A stretch of DNA of 64,000 nt, taken from Candidatus Aenigmatarchaeota archaeon. Lineage in GTDB: Archaea > Aenigmatarchaeota > Aenigmatarchaeia > CG10238-14 > SCSR01. The notes beneath the pieces were generated by a model. It was not told the DNA's origin. It saw nothing but the letters and a program-made list of their open reading frames with translations, and did no database searches. The DNA is taken from the NCBI GenBank assembly GCA_018304615.1, contig JAGVVV010000009.1, positions 45,160 through 109,159 on the forward strand, read 5' to 3'. The position numbers and the translations under genes were made by a program. Below, in pieces: positions 8,014-17,135 of the stretch (position 1 is the stretch's first letter; each line of letters opens with the position of its first letter).

Positions 8014-9245
8014 ACATGGAACTGTTGGATTTCGCATACTTTGCCAGCTATTCAATCATGATTTACTCTTCAGTACTTTGGTTCTCAGTTTTTCTTGCAA
8101 ACAGGAAGAGGATGTGGGAGAATCCTTCTGTGAAATACACTCCGTCAGTCACTTTCCTTGTCCCTGCACACAACGAGGAAAATCTTATCGACAGATGTTT
8201 GGAGTCGATTGAGAATCTAGATTATCCGAAAGATAAGATCAAAGTGATTGTCATAGATGACGGATCCACAGACTCCACAGGTTCTGTTGCAAGTAGGTTC
8301 GGTGTCAAGCTAATCGAACAAAAACACAAGGGGAAGGCAGCTGCTGTGAACAATGCATTGAAGCATGTGAAGACAGAACTGGTCGCATGCCTGGACGCTG
8401 ACTCGGTACTAGACAAAACGTATTTGAAAAAAATAGTAACCCACATGAAGAATAAAAATGTTGCTGCTGCAACACCAAGCTTGAAGGTCTCACATAAGAA
8501 CTCCTTGATGAGAGACATCCAGTACATGGAATATCTGTACATGATATTTTTGAGAAGACTTTTCAACTTCTTCGACTGCCAGTATGTGATTCCTGGACCT
8601 GGCGGAATATACAAGACTGAATATTTGAAAAAAGTAGGCGGTCTTGACGAGAAAAATCTTACAGAGGACATGGAAGTTGCGTTCAGACTAATAGACAACG
8701 GATACAAAATCGAAAACAGCATTGATGCTTATGTCCATACTGAAGCTCCAAAAACTCTCAAAGGTCTGTTCAGGCAAAGAATAAGATGGTACAGGGGATA
8801 TCTGCAGAATGTTTTCAAGTATTCGCACATGATTTCAAATGGAAAGTTCGGAAATCTAGGGATTTTCTTGCTTCCGATAAATTTCGTTTGGATGATTATA
8901 ATTGGATTCATGTTCTTTGCTTTGCTTTTCACTAACGGTGCAAACCTTCTGTCATCATTCGTGGATTGGAGCTATATCCATTACTCAATCTTCACTCCAA
9001 ATAATTTAGTGGATGTAATGTCGGTAGGGCTTTACTCATACTTTACAATAGTTTTTGCGATTCTGGGATTTCTAAACATTAATCTCAGCCTAAAATATAG
9101 TGGGGAAAAATGGAGAGTGAAAGAAAATTTGAAAATGTACTTTGGATACCTGTTCATATATCCGCTACTTATCGCCGCCTTCTGGATAGTCTCAATCTTC
9201 CAAGAAATTTTCAAGGTTGAAAGAAAATGGTTGCACGAAAATTAA
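8010..9245 (+). CDS. processive family-2 glycosyltransferase (cellulose/chitin/hyaluronan-synthase-like)
   Basis: 411 aa; VPAHNEE, VIDDGSTD, LDADS, TEDME and FRQRIRWYRG (QxxRW) motifs plus C-terminal TM bundle. Confidence 0.75.
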   Translation: MNMELLDFAYFASYSIMIYSSVLWFSVFLANRKRMWENPSVKYTPSVTFLVPAHNEENLIDRCLESIENLDYPKDKIKVIVIDDGSTDSTGSVASRFGVKLIEQKHKGKAAAVNNALKHVKTELVACLDADSVLDKTYLKKIVTHMKNKNVAAATPSLKVSHKNSLMRDIQYMEYLYMIFLRRLFNFFDCQYVIPGPGGIYKTEYLKKVGGLDEKNLTEDMEVAFRLIDNGYKIENSIDAYVHTEAPKTLKGLFRQRIRWYRGYLQNVFKYSHMISNGKFGNLGIFLLPINFVWMIIIGFMFFALLFTNGANLLSSFVDWSYIHYSIFTPNNLVDVMSVGLYSYFTIVFAILGFLNINLSLKYSGEKWRVKENLKMYFGYLFIYPLLIAAFWIVSIFQEIFKVERKWLHEN

Positions 9246-9898
9246 AATTCGAAATATATTTGATCTCTGGAGCAATCACAGCAGGAATACTTTTTTTAGG
9301 AATTTTTTTCGGCGTGACAGTGAGCAAGAGCAAGGTAGACAACTTGCAATCTGAACTTGACAAGCTGAAGATGAGTCAAGAAGATCTGAATTTAGAATTT
9401 GTCTTGATTGCAACAAGCAGGAATCAAACATGCAATCTTATTTCTTATGAGCTTGACAAGGTAATCGACAATGCAGCACAACTCGGAGAGAGGGTGAGCC
9501 TGTACGAGACCAGTGAAAAAATAAAAGATGACAGATTCAGTTTCTTGAAAGATGATTACACGATAACACTGATAAGATATTGGTTTTTCTTGGACAGGAT
9601 GAAGACAGAATGCAATAGGACAAATTTCGTGACTGTCTTATACTTTTATTCAAACGACAAATGTGATGACTGCAACAAGCAGGGTTTGGTCTTGAATGTA
9701 ATTAAGCAGACATACCAACAGGATGTAATGATTTTTGCCATTGATTCTGACAGCAGGCTGAATGTCGTCGACTTGTTGAAGAAAACATATCAGGTTGAAA
9801 CTGTGCCATCACTGGTTGTCGATGGAAAGAAGTATGACGGTTTGGTGAGTGTAGAAGAACTCAAAAGTGTTTTGTGTGAAAAATTGAAAAAATGCTAG
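9227..9898 (+). CDS. membrane-anchored thioredoxin-fold protein with CxxC (CDDC) motif
   Basis: 223 aa; N-terminal TM (IYLISGAITAGILFLGIFFGV), coiled segment, then VTVLYFYSNDKCDDCNKQ ... ETVPSLVVDGKKY (cis-Pro-like VP) typical of Trx/DsbA/glutaredoxin folds. Confidence 0.55.
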   Translation: MVARKLKFEIYLISGAITAGILFLGIFFGVTVSKSKVDNLQSELDKLKMSQEDLNLEFVLIATSRNQTCNLISYELDKVIDNAAQLGERVSLYETSEKIKDDRFSFLKDDYTITLIRYWFFLDRMKTECNRTNFVTVLYFYSNDKCDDCNKQGLVLNVIKQTYQQDVMIFAIDSDSRLNVVDLLKKTYQVETVPSLVVDGKKYDGLVSVEELKSVLCEKLKKC

Positions 9899-10503
9899 GT
9901 CTGTGCCTGAATATTTAGTGCCGCCATCAAGAATCTTATAGTTGCCAAGTCGAAATCCTTGTGTGTTTTTCCCTGGATGTAGACCACATGCTCTCTGGCA
10001 TCAAACCTGACAGAAGTTTCATTTGCGTAAGCCGGATGGATCAAAGCGATGATAGGATTCTGTATTTTTCCTGGAAGGTTGTCATAAGATGAGACTTCCT
10101 TAGCGGTGAAGTTCAGATTAACCGGAGGTCGAACGTTCGAGTAGGCAAGCTTGAGTTTTCCTACAATCTCAGCGCCTTCCAGAGTGTAATATGGATTCTC
10201 AGTAAGGTTTACGTTCTTGAAAACAATCGTGATATTCGTGACAAGAGGATGGATAATTCCAATTCTCAGATACGCATCTGGATTAGTTGAATTAGCGTCA
10301 GTGTACAGGGGAACTTTGGCTGCTTCCCTGATGTCTTGTCTGAATCCTATGACAACTCCGTTATAATTCAAAACAGTAACAGGTTTCCAGTGAGTGTTGT
10401 AGTAATACAAGAAATACAAGGAAGCTGCAGCCAGAACCAAAACTGAAATAGTGAGAATGATTCTTTTCTTTGTCAGTTTCATCTTGAATGAATTCTCTGC
10501 CAT
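9895..10503 (-). CDS. hypothetical membrane-anchored extracellular protein, downstream of the S-layer gene
   Basis: ORF track extends to 10587; I prefer the ATG giving MAENSFKMKLTKKRIILTISVLVLAAASLYFLYYY (signal anchor). Confidence 0.45.
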   Translation of the reverse strand: MAENSFKMKLTKKRIILTISVLVLAAASLYFLYYYNTHWKPVTVLNYNGVVIGFRQDIREAAKVPLYTDANSTNPDAYLRIGIIHPLVTNITIVFKNVNLTENPYYTLEGAEIVGKLKLAYSNVRPPVNLNFTAKEVSSYDNLPGKIQNPIIALIHPAYANETSVRFDAREHVVYIQGKTHKDFDLATIRFLMAALNIQAQT

Positions 10504-10610
10504 CAGAATTAGTTGGTTTTGAAATAATAAAAGAATATAGATTCGTCTTGAAAGTTTGAAGAAAAGAAAAAAAGGGAAAGAAGTCAATTTTCCCTTTGTG
10601 GTATAACGCC

Positions 10611-12953
10611 CTACATTGGGGTTACACCGGCTGCGCTTATGGCTGTTACCTTAACGGCTGTGGCTGTTGATCCTGCTAACAGTGTTGCATATTGTTGCAA
10701 TACCTGAGCTGCCATTCTTGTGTTGTCTGCTTCCCATCCAGCGACTACCAAGACATTTTTACCTGTGGTAAACTTGTCTGGAATCACTTTTACGAGTGCT
10801 GCGTTTTCAGGAACACCTGAAGCTGCACCGCATGTTGGGAATGTCAGATTCATAGCAGCGGCAGTTATGCTGTTCTTGCATGATCCACCCACTACGACCA
10901 AATTGTGCGCCTTTTCGGCTGCACCCACTTCGGTATCAAGCCTTGCTACGGAAGACGTTATTGGAACGACTTGCATAACAGCTCCTCCTGCCGTGGTTGT
11001 TACACCACCAGGAACACCGACGAATGCATGCACAGTAAGGTCCTTAGATGGGAACCAGAATTGTACCTGGTCGGATCCACTGCTTGAGTCTGGACTAATC
11101 CAAATCAATCCACCATCGTCAACTACATCTTGAGATGACTTGCCAATACCGTAGTTTGTAGCTTCGGTAGTAGTGTTCAGCTCATTTTGTTCAGATGCTG
11201 CCCCAGTGTCACCTAATCTTGAATCAGGCGCCTGAGATGTAGACCATAGTGTCTTGTTTTGGAATGATGCGTTGGCCCAGTTTGTTGCTCCTGTACTTGT
11301 ACCGAATGTCACACTTCTCCAAACATTTACATTAGAGTTTGGTGAGACAGTGACGTTGAGGTACCAGCTCTTTTCACCTGCTCCAGAGTAACTCAACTTG
11401 AATGGATAGGTCACATTGTTTGCTGCGGTTACTGAATAGTAGGCAAACTCGTCTGGGATTACCCCATTGAAGGTTGTACTATTCACTATCACACCAGATG
11501 CTAGGATTTTACCCTTGGCATTGTTGTAGAACCCAACCAACACTTGATATGTGGATGAGTTCTGTTGTGGTGCGAGTAACACATAAGCCTTGTCATATGT
11601 GTTTCCATTCTGAGCTAATATGGAACCTGTGACGTCTGTCGATATCTCGAGTCCGTACAGGCTACCTAACAACAGGGATGTGTCTGTAGTGTTGTTGTAT
11701 GCAGACAAACCACTTACAGGCTTTACTGTTATTTTTGCGAACTTGCTCGTTCCATATCCTACGAAGCCTAAGACTCCATAGTTGTTTGGAAGCGATACTT
11801 GCTCGCCAGCCTTGTAATATGCTGTTGTATCAGGTTTGTAAACGACTTGGATCTTACCACCCTGTGGGATTAAACCTGGACCACCAGAACCCCATGATGC
11901 GACTTGGATTCCCCATTTGGTTTCACCTGGGAATCTGTCACTTGAAGTTCCTGTGGAACTTACATCAGCGCTTGTATCGAACTCGTGCTCAACAGTACCG
12001 GTTGGACCGATTACTAGGTCGGCTCCTACACATGTACCATCTTGCAAAGCTCTAGCAGCGGTGACTTTTATGGTCAATCCGGCAGAAGTGATGTCCTTGC
12101 TATCGTTCTTGTTGATTATCTGGGTATCAACTGTATTTCCAGACTTGTCTTTAACTACTACCTTGGCCCATGAGTTGTCAGAACCTTGTGTACAGTACGC
12201 GGAGTAATCTCCGTACGTAACTGGAGTTGTGGCATCAGCTGTTCCGATAGATCCTGTCAAGGCCTTAACTGAAGTTGCACCAACACCAACTATGGTGAAC
12301 GGCTTACCCAATAACCATAAGTTAACTGGGTTAGTGTACTCTGGATTCGAAATTGTTCCAGTAGTTGTTCCCAAAATGCTGGTGATGTTCAACGAGTTGT
12401 CGAAGACATACTCGTAGAAAACGTCACCTGACTGCACTTCCATTTTCTCGGTTCCGTTTATTAAACTGGTTCCGAAGTCGTGTCTCATGTTTACACCTGA
12501 GACATCAACCTGTTCATGGTAAGAGTAGTCATTAGACTTGTACGAGAATGTGGCCGACTTTAGGCCTGAGAAGTGGGCGTTCTTGACTACTGCACCAGAC
12601 GGGAATGCGTTACTGTACGACACTCCACCTGTTGCAAGAGAACTTCCACCAGAGGCTCTACCTATGCTGATTCCGTCTCTATCAAGGCCTGAAACTGATA
12701 TTGTTCCTGAAGTAGTTACAGACTTTGCAGATACACTTGCAGCTGTCGCGGCTACGTCAATAGCTGCGGCTACGTCCTTTGGATCGGCTGTTGAACCGAC
12801 TACGAAGTAAGCATCCAAAGATGTTACTCCTGCGGCGGTCACTCCCAAGAATCCTGGGAAGCCTCCAAGGTTTACTGCTGCAAATGCTGGAATTGCGAAT
12901 GTTGCCATCGCCATTACTGCAGCCATGAAGGATGCAATAATCTTATTTTTCAT
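10611..12953 (-). CDS. putative S-layer / major surface protein
   Basis: 780 aa; Sec signal MKNKIIASFMAAVMAMATFAIPAFA; T/S/G/V/N-rich beta-type composition; C-terminal HNLVVVGGSCKN...NVLVVAGWEADNT resembles methanogen S-layer termini; TATA box and GAGG SD upstream. Confidence 0.6.
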   Translation of the reverse strand: MKNKIIASFMAAVMAMATFAIPAFAAVNLGGFPGFLGVTAAGVTSLDAYFVVGSTADPKDVAAAIDVAATAASVSAKSVTTSGTISVSGLDRDGISIGRASGGSSLATGGVSYSNAFPSGAVVKNAHFSGLKSATFSYKSNDYSYHEQVDVSGVNMRHDFGTSLINGTEKMEVQSGDVFYEYVFDNSLNITSILGTTTGTISNPEYTNPVNLWLLGKPFTIVGVGATSVKALTGSIGTADATTPVTYGDYSAYCTQGSDNSWAKVVVKDKSGNTVDTQIINKNDSKDITSAGLTIKVTAARALQDGTCVGADLVIGPTGTVEHEFDTSADVSSTGTSSDRFPGETKWGIQVASWGSGGPGLIPQGGKIQVVYKPDTTAYYKAGEQVSLPNNYGVLGFVGYGTSKFAKITVKPVSGLSAYNNTTDTSLLLGSLYGLEISTDVTGSILAQNGNTYDKAYVLLAPQQNSSTYQVLVGFYNNAKGKILASGVIVNSTTFNGVIPDEFAYYSVTAANNVTYPFKLSYSGAGEKSWYLNVTVSPNSNVNVWRSVTFGTSTGATNWANASFQNKTLWSTSQAPDSRLGDTGAASEQNELNTTTEATNYGIGKSSQDVVDDGGLIWISPDSSSGSDQVQFWFPSKDLTVHAFVGVPGGVTTTAGGAVMQVVPITSSVARLDTEVGAAEKAHNLVVVGGSCKNSITAAAMNLTFPTCGAASGVPENAALVKVIPDKFTTGKNVLVVAGWEADNTRMAAQVLQQYATLLAGSTATAVKVTAISAAGVTPM

Positions 12954-13036
12954 TTTTATTCCTCTTTTGCTCTTTCTCTACCCTTTTCAGAGTAGATACT
13001 CGGGTCTTTTCTAAAGAGAAGTATAGATTTCTATGC

Positions 13037-13046
13037 TATATAAAAA
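13037..13046 (-). promoter_or_regulatory. TATA-box-like element (TTTTTATATA on minus strand) upstream of the S-layer gene
   Basis: Consensus-like archaeal TATA about 85-90 nt upstream of the ATG at 12953; implies a roughly 60-nt leader ending in AAAGAGGAATAAAAATG. Confidence 0.4.
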
Positions 13047-13293
13047 TGACTTGAAACGATTGATGAAAGGCTGCAACTGTTTCAGAAATGTCTATCAATT
13101 AGCGTTCTAAGATATTATTATCTTCCTAATTGTTTCTAAGAGTAATCTAAGTCTTTTTTATAGATTTTAAGCCAGATTTTAACTTAAAAAACTGTTGGAA
13201 TCGAAAAAATACGAATTCGATTGTTTCAGATGGTTTTTGTGATTCTGAGCAAGGTTTATCTGGATTGGAAATCAATTCTAATCATGGATATAA

Positions 13294-13680
13294 ATGAAAC
13301 GAGGTAAGAAGATGGTATTAGACGTCATAACTCTTGTCTTGATATCGATGACCTTAGGTAGTTTTGGTCAAATATACCTAAAAATGGGTCTTAGGAGCAC
13401 AGGGAACTTCGAGCTGAAAGACATTATAACCGAAAGGTTGATTTCTCTGATATCGAACAAGAACATACTGTTTGGGATAGCACTTTATGGAATTGCCACC
13501 CTCCTATGGTTTGTAGTCCTGTCAAAGGCCGAACTAAGTTATGCCTATCCTCTTATCGGACTGAGCTATGCGGTTACAGCCATTTTGGCGAAATTCTACT
13601 TTAATGAGACAATTTCTGTGGTCAGATGGGCTGGTATATTAATTATCATATTAGGCGCGTTTTTGATTACAAGGAGCTAG
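13294..13680 (+). CDS. small 4-TM EamA/SMR-like transporter (ArnE/ArnF-flippase-like)
   Basis: 128 aa (alternative ATG at 13312); four TM segments, GQIYLKMG and YAYPL motifs. Confidence 0.5.
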   Translation: MKRGKKMVLDVITLVLISMTLGSFGQIYLKMGLRSTGNFELKDIITERLISLISNKNILFGIALYGIATLLWFVVLSKAELSYAYPLIGLSYAVTAILAKFYFNETISVVRWAGILIIILGAFLITRS

Positions 13681-14612
13681 AGTTTGAACTTCTTTTTAAC
13701 GATTTTGATCTTGTTTGACCTTCCATGCCTTTCTACTTCCACAAGACCTCTCTCTGAAAGGCTTTTTATGACCCTGCTCACCTTTGCCTTTGAAAGGTTG
13801 GTGTCTTGGACGATTTTCCGTTGATCTGTCGTCCCGCCATTTGTTACCAAAACATCCATTATCTTCCTCTCAAACTGATCTAGGACAGACAAGACCAGTT
13901 TTTGCGGTTCTCCTCTGAAGTATCTGAACCAGACGAATCCAAGCCCGGCTGCCGCAGCAGCTACTATAACTGCCACATACCTGAATCTTATGAGGAGAGG
14001 GAATACTTCACCAATATTCTCATATAGTAACTGGAACCTCAATTGGATTTCGGGTTCTGTGCCCTTCAGGTTCCAAATAACTATAATTCTCCTGCCGTCG
14101 CTCAGGATGGTCGCGTTGGCGGGAAACGAAAGTTTTGCAACACTGGAAGTGTCATTAACAAGGCCCATTCCCTCAGGCAACCTCACTGAAACATAGACTT
14201 GCGAAATCTTGGTATTGATAGAGAAGTCTGTACTGTAGAAAAACCTTTTGTCCAAAGGCTTGACTATGTCATTAGTGTCAAATGAAAGTTCAATGCTTCT
14301 TTTTTCCTCTGTCAAATCAAGGTTGCAAAGGATTGTGCTTAGGCCTGTTGATTCTACCGTGCAATTAATTGAGTTGCCAAGGCTGCTGTATCTTAGATTT
14401 TCGATTTTCCCGAGAAGAGTGAAATTGAACGTAGGCTCTGGTTTGACAAAAGTAATTGTCATGCTAACCATGGCTCGGCCATTGTCATCTATTGTCGTGT
14501 CCACTCCGTAGTATTGGACCTGAGCAGCAGCCAGAGAATTCACAAGAACGAACGATAATAAAAATGAAATTATGAATATTATTCTCACAATCAATATTGC
14601 GGACCGAGCCAA
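13677..14612 (-). CDS. membrane protein with extracellular domain and cytoplasmic C-terminal wHTH
   Basis: 311 aa; signal/TM, about 190 aa ectodomain, TM (YVAVIVAAAAAGLGFVWF), then ERKIMDVLVTNGGTTDQRKIVQDTNLSKAKVSRVIKSLSERGLVEVERHGRSN (MarR/TrmB-like wHTH). Confidence 0.55.
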   Translation of the reverse strand: MARSAILIVRIIFIISFLLSFVLVNSLAAAQVQYYGVDTTIDDNGRAMVSMTITFVKPEPTFNFTLLGKIENLRYSSLGNSINCTVESTGLSTILCNLDLTEEKRSIELSFDTNDIVKPLDKRFFYSTDFSINTKISQVYVSVRLPEGMGLVNDTSSVAKLSFPANATILSDGRRIIVIWNLKGTEPEIQLRFQLLYENIGEVFPLLIRFRYVAVIVAAAAAGLGFVWFRYFRGEPQKLVLSVLDQFERKIMDVLVTNGGTTDQRKIVQDTNLSKAKVSRVIKSLSERGLVEVERHGRSNKIKIVKKKFKL

Positions 14613-14624
14613 TTTATTCTTTTA

Positions 14625-15629
14625 CTATTTGTCGACGATGAAGTTTATTTTCAGGCCGCAGTTGGGGCATCTGTCCTTTGAAAGCTGGCTCTTTTTCAGA
14701 GCTCCGTTGCTCCTTTGAATGAGAGGTTCTCTGCAATTGTAGCAGTAGGTGTTGTTGGCTTCATGTTCGGCCACATTACCTATGTAAACGTATCTGATGC
14801 CGGCTTTTTTAACTTCGTCCATGCACTTTTCCAATGTAGCTATCGGTGTTGCAGGGAACTCGGTTGTCTTTGAACCTGGCTGGAACTGGACGACATGGAA
14901 AGGAATTTCTGATTCTAAATCAGTGGTTATTCTTTCAGCAAATTTCCTGCATTGTTCGACATTATCTCCAATTTGGGGGATGATTGTATTGGAAATCTCG
15001 ACGAAAATTCTTTGCTTCTTCAGTTGGCGAAGATTCTGAAAAATTATTTCAGTGTTGTCAACAGTCATGAACTTCTTGTAGAATTCCGGATCAAGAGAGG
15101 CCTTGATTTCGACGACCGAGGCGTCGAGGTATTTGAAAATTTTCTTTATCATTTCCTCGGTCATGTAGCAGTTAGTCACCATGACGTTTGCTATGTTGCT
15201 TCTGTGAGCGAGTTTGGCGACCTTGTACATGAATTCGAAGTAGATTGTCGGTTCTGAATAAGTGTAGCTGATCGACCGGACGTTGCTCTCTTCGGCAAGT
15301 TTGACTATCTGCTCTGGAGTGTATTCTTTCCCTTCGACCTTGTCATGAGAGATCTCGTCTGGGCAGCAGAAGTTCGATTGCATGTTGCACCCGTTGGCTG
15401 TCATGGAAAGGGTTGAAGAGCCTGGATAAAAGTGGAAGAGGGGTTTTCTTTCTATCTTGTCGATGTAGACAGAATTAAGTTTCCCATAGTTCAGAGTTAA
15501 TAATTTGTTGTCCTTGTTTACCCTGACCTGACAGAAGCCTTTCTTATCCTTGGTTATGAAACAATTTCTGGCGCACAAGTCGCACCTTATGCCGTTTCTT
15601 TCCTTGTGCCAAAAAGTCGCTTCTTGCAT
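14625..15629 (-). CDS. AmmeMemoRadiSam-type radical SAM protein with degenerate cluster motif
   Basis: 334 aa; N-terminal CDLCARNC...GFCQVR zinc/cluster region and overall PFL-activase-like layout; expected GCNxxCxFCQN is GCNMQSNFCCPD. Confidence 0.6.
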   Translation of the reverse strand: MQEATFWHKERNGIRCDLCARNCFITKDKKGFCQVRVNKDNKLLTLNYGKLNSVYIDKIERKPLFHFYPGSSTLSMTANGCNMQSNFCCPDEISHDKVEGKEYTPEQIVKLAEESNVRSISYTYSEPTIYFEFMYKVAKLAHRSNIANVMVTNCYMTEEMIKKIFKYLDASVVEIKASLDPEFYKKFMTVDNTEIIFQNLRQLKKQRIFVEISNTIIPQIGDNVEQCRKFAERITTDLESEIPFHVVQFQPGSKTTEFPATPIATLEKCMDEVKKAGIRYVYIGNVAEHEANNTYCYNCREPLIQRSNGALKKSQLSKDRCPNCGLKINFIVDK

Positions 15630-15699
15630 CCTACCACTAAACCTACCACTAAAAAGTCGTATATTATTATTGGTTGTGTTAAGTAATATAATTTGAAGC

Positions 15700-15785
15700 G
15701 CCTCGGTAGCTCAACTGGCAGAGCAAAGATATCGCTCATCTGCTTCGTAAGCAGTAGGTTGAGGGTTCAAGTCCCTCTCGAGGCT
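15700..15785 (+). tRNA. tRNA-Thr(CGU) with about 13-nt non-canonical intron at the D-arm/anticodon-stem junction (about 26-28)
   Basis: GCCTCGG-TA-GCTC-AACTGGCA-GAGC-A-A[AGATATCGCTCAT]CTGC-TTCGTAA-GCAGT-AGGTT-GAGGG-TTCAAGT-CCCTC-TCGAGGC-T; 86 nt. Confidence 0.75.
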
Positions 15786-15832
15786 TAAGAATAAATAGCC
15801 TTGAAACTGATATTACAAAAACTGGTGAAGAA

Positions 15833-16126
15833 ATGCAATTGCTTTTAAACATTCAATCAAAGGACTTTGGGAAACTGAAAGATGTTTTTCTCAAAGATGA
15901 TACTGTAGGAAGGGCTAGCCTGACTTTTAAGGATGCGAAGATGTACGGAGGGAAGGAAGGATATTACATTTATGTCTCTGGACTCGACGAAGCTTGCAAG
16001 AAGGCTTTAGAACTTTGCAAAGATTTGGCGAAGAAAGTCACTGGAAAAGAGAAGGAAGGATTCTTGAAGAAATTGAAAGAAGAAGAGGACAGGGCAGCTG
16101 AAGGAATGGGTGGAATTTTCGGTTAA
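15833..16126 (+). CDS. hypothetical protein with ribosomal-stalk-like C-terminal tail
   Basis: 97 aa; C-terminus KKLKEEEDRAAEGMGGIFG; stop codon abuts tRNA-Gly with 0-nt spacer. Confidence 0.5.
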   Translation: MQLLLNIQSKDFGKLKDVFLKDDTVGRASLTFKDAKMYGGKEGYYIYVSGLDEACKKALELCKDLAKKVTGKEKEGFLKKLKEEEDRAAEGMGGIFG

Positions 16127-16219
16127 GCGGTTGTAGTCCAGCCTGGTAAGACACGAATTCCAAAAATGTAGTGGAACCCTGCCACGGTCGGGACCCGGGT
16201 TCAAATCCCGGCGGCCGCA
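16127..16219 (+). tRNA. tRNA-Gly(GCC) with 20-nt non-canonical intron inside the anticodon stem (about 28-30)
   Basis: GCGGTTG-TA-GTCC-AGCCTGGTA-AGAC-A-CG[AATTCCAAAAATGTAGTGGA]ACC-CTGCCAC-GGTCG-GGAC-CCGGG-TTCAAAT-CCCGG-CGGCCGC-A; anticodon stem pairs perfectly only after excision. Confidence 0.7.
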
Positions 16220-16289
16220 TCCGAATTTGAGAAAGATAACAAAGGCTTATATTAAGTGTAAAAGAATTATAATTTAGTCAGGTGAATCG

Positions 16290-16847
16290 ATGCCTTTGTT
16301 CGGAAAAAAGAAGGAAGAACCAGTAAATGTTTCTCAGATGAAACCAGTCGAACAAAAGGAGCCTGAAGAAAAACCTTCCGAAGCTGTCGAATTGCTTAAG
16401 ATGAATCTGCAAAGATCACAGATGCCTCAACAAAAGCAAGAACTTCCAATGCCGCAGATGACTGTGAAGATTCCTGAACCTGTTGAAGAAGAGCCTGAAG
16501 AAAAAAAAGAGCCTGCCCAGTCCGCACCACTTTTCATAAAGCTTGACAGGTACAAGAGCATCCTCCATCAGATGTCAGAGATTAAGATGACAATGCTGAC
16601 TGTGAAGAACACTTTGTCTGTCATCAATGAGATGGATAAACTGAAAGCTGACAGCATGAAGATGATTCAAGACGCAGTTGCAAGAGTCGAGAAAAAACTT
16701 GTAGCGTTGGACACGGAATTCCTAAAACCCTCGGGATTTCATGAGATGATACCGCAACAGATGGCGAGAGGAGACATTCACAATGAATTGGATGCTCTGA
16801 AAGGACAAATCGAAGCTCTGAGATATGAGATGGAAGAAACTGCCTAA
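16290..16847 (+). CDS. hypothetical protein: acidic/Pro-rich disordered N-half, coiled-coil C-half
   Basis: 185 aa; PEEKPSE...EEEPEEKKEP then PLFIKLDRYKSILHQMSEIK... heptad-like region. Confidence 0.45.
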   Translation: MPLFGKKKEEPVNVSQMKPVEQKEPEEKPSEAVELLKMNLQRSQMPQQKQELPMPQMTVKIPEPVEEEPEEKKEPAQSAPLFIKLDRYKSILHQMSEIKMTMLTVKNTLSVINEMDKLKADSMKMIQDAVARVEKKLVALDTEFLKPSGFHEMIPQQMARGDIHNELDALKGQIEALRYEMEETA

Positions 16848-16881
16848 CTTTTAAATAATAACTGATTCTTAGATAGTTTAT

Positions 16882-17003
16882 GCAGGGGTAGCCAAGGCTG
16901 GTTAAAGGCACAGCGCTCAAGATTTTCTTGAGCTTTGATTCCAAGATGAAAAAAGAAACGCTGTCGGTTAGTCCGTTCGTGAGTTCGAATCTCACCCCCT
17001 GCA
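16882..17003 (+). tRNA. tRNA-Leu(CAA), class II, with about 36-nt canonical intron (37/38)
   Basis: GCAGGGG-TA-GCCAAGGCTGGTTAAAGGC-A-CAGCG-CTCAAG[36 nt]A-CGCTG-TCGGTTAGTCCGTTC (long variable arm)-GTGAG-TTCGAAT-CTCAC-CCCCTGC-A; followed by a T-run. Confidence 0.85.
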
Positions 17004-17135
17004 TTTTTTTATTTTAAAAATAATTTTAGAGAAATCAAAAACTTTTTGAAAAGATTGTGGATTTATATTAGGATGTTGTGAAGGAGATTTCTGCCAGTAA
17101 AAAGAAAAGTAAGAAATCAAAAAATTATATCAAAT

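Noticed and set aside
10720-12810. Seven plus-strand ORFs (60-137 aa) inside the S-layer gene region
   Set aside because: All lie antisense to a 780-aa ORF that has a signal peptide, SD and TATA. Their products are low-complexity mirror translations, so they are shadow ORFs.
16007-17004. Minus-strand ORFs 16007-16204, 16038-16220 and 16624-17004
   Set aside because: They overlap tRNA-Gly, tRNA-Leu and the 185-aa plus-strand CDS. The tRNA folds are far better supported.
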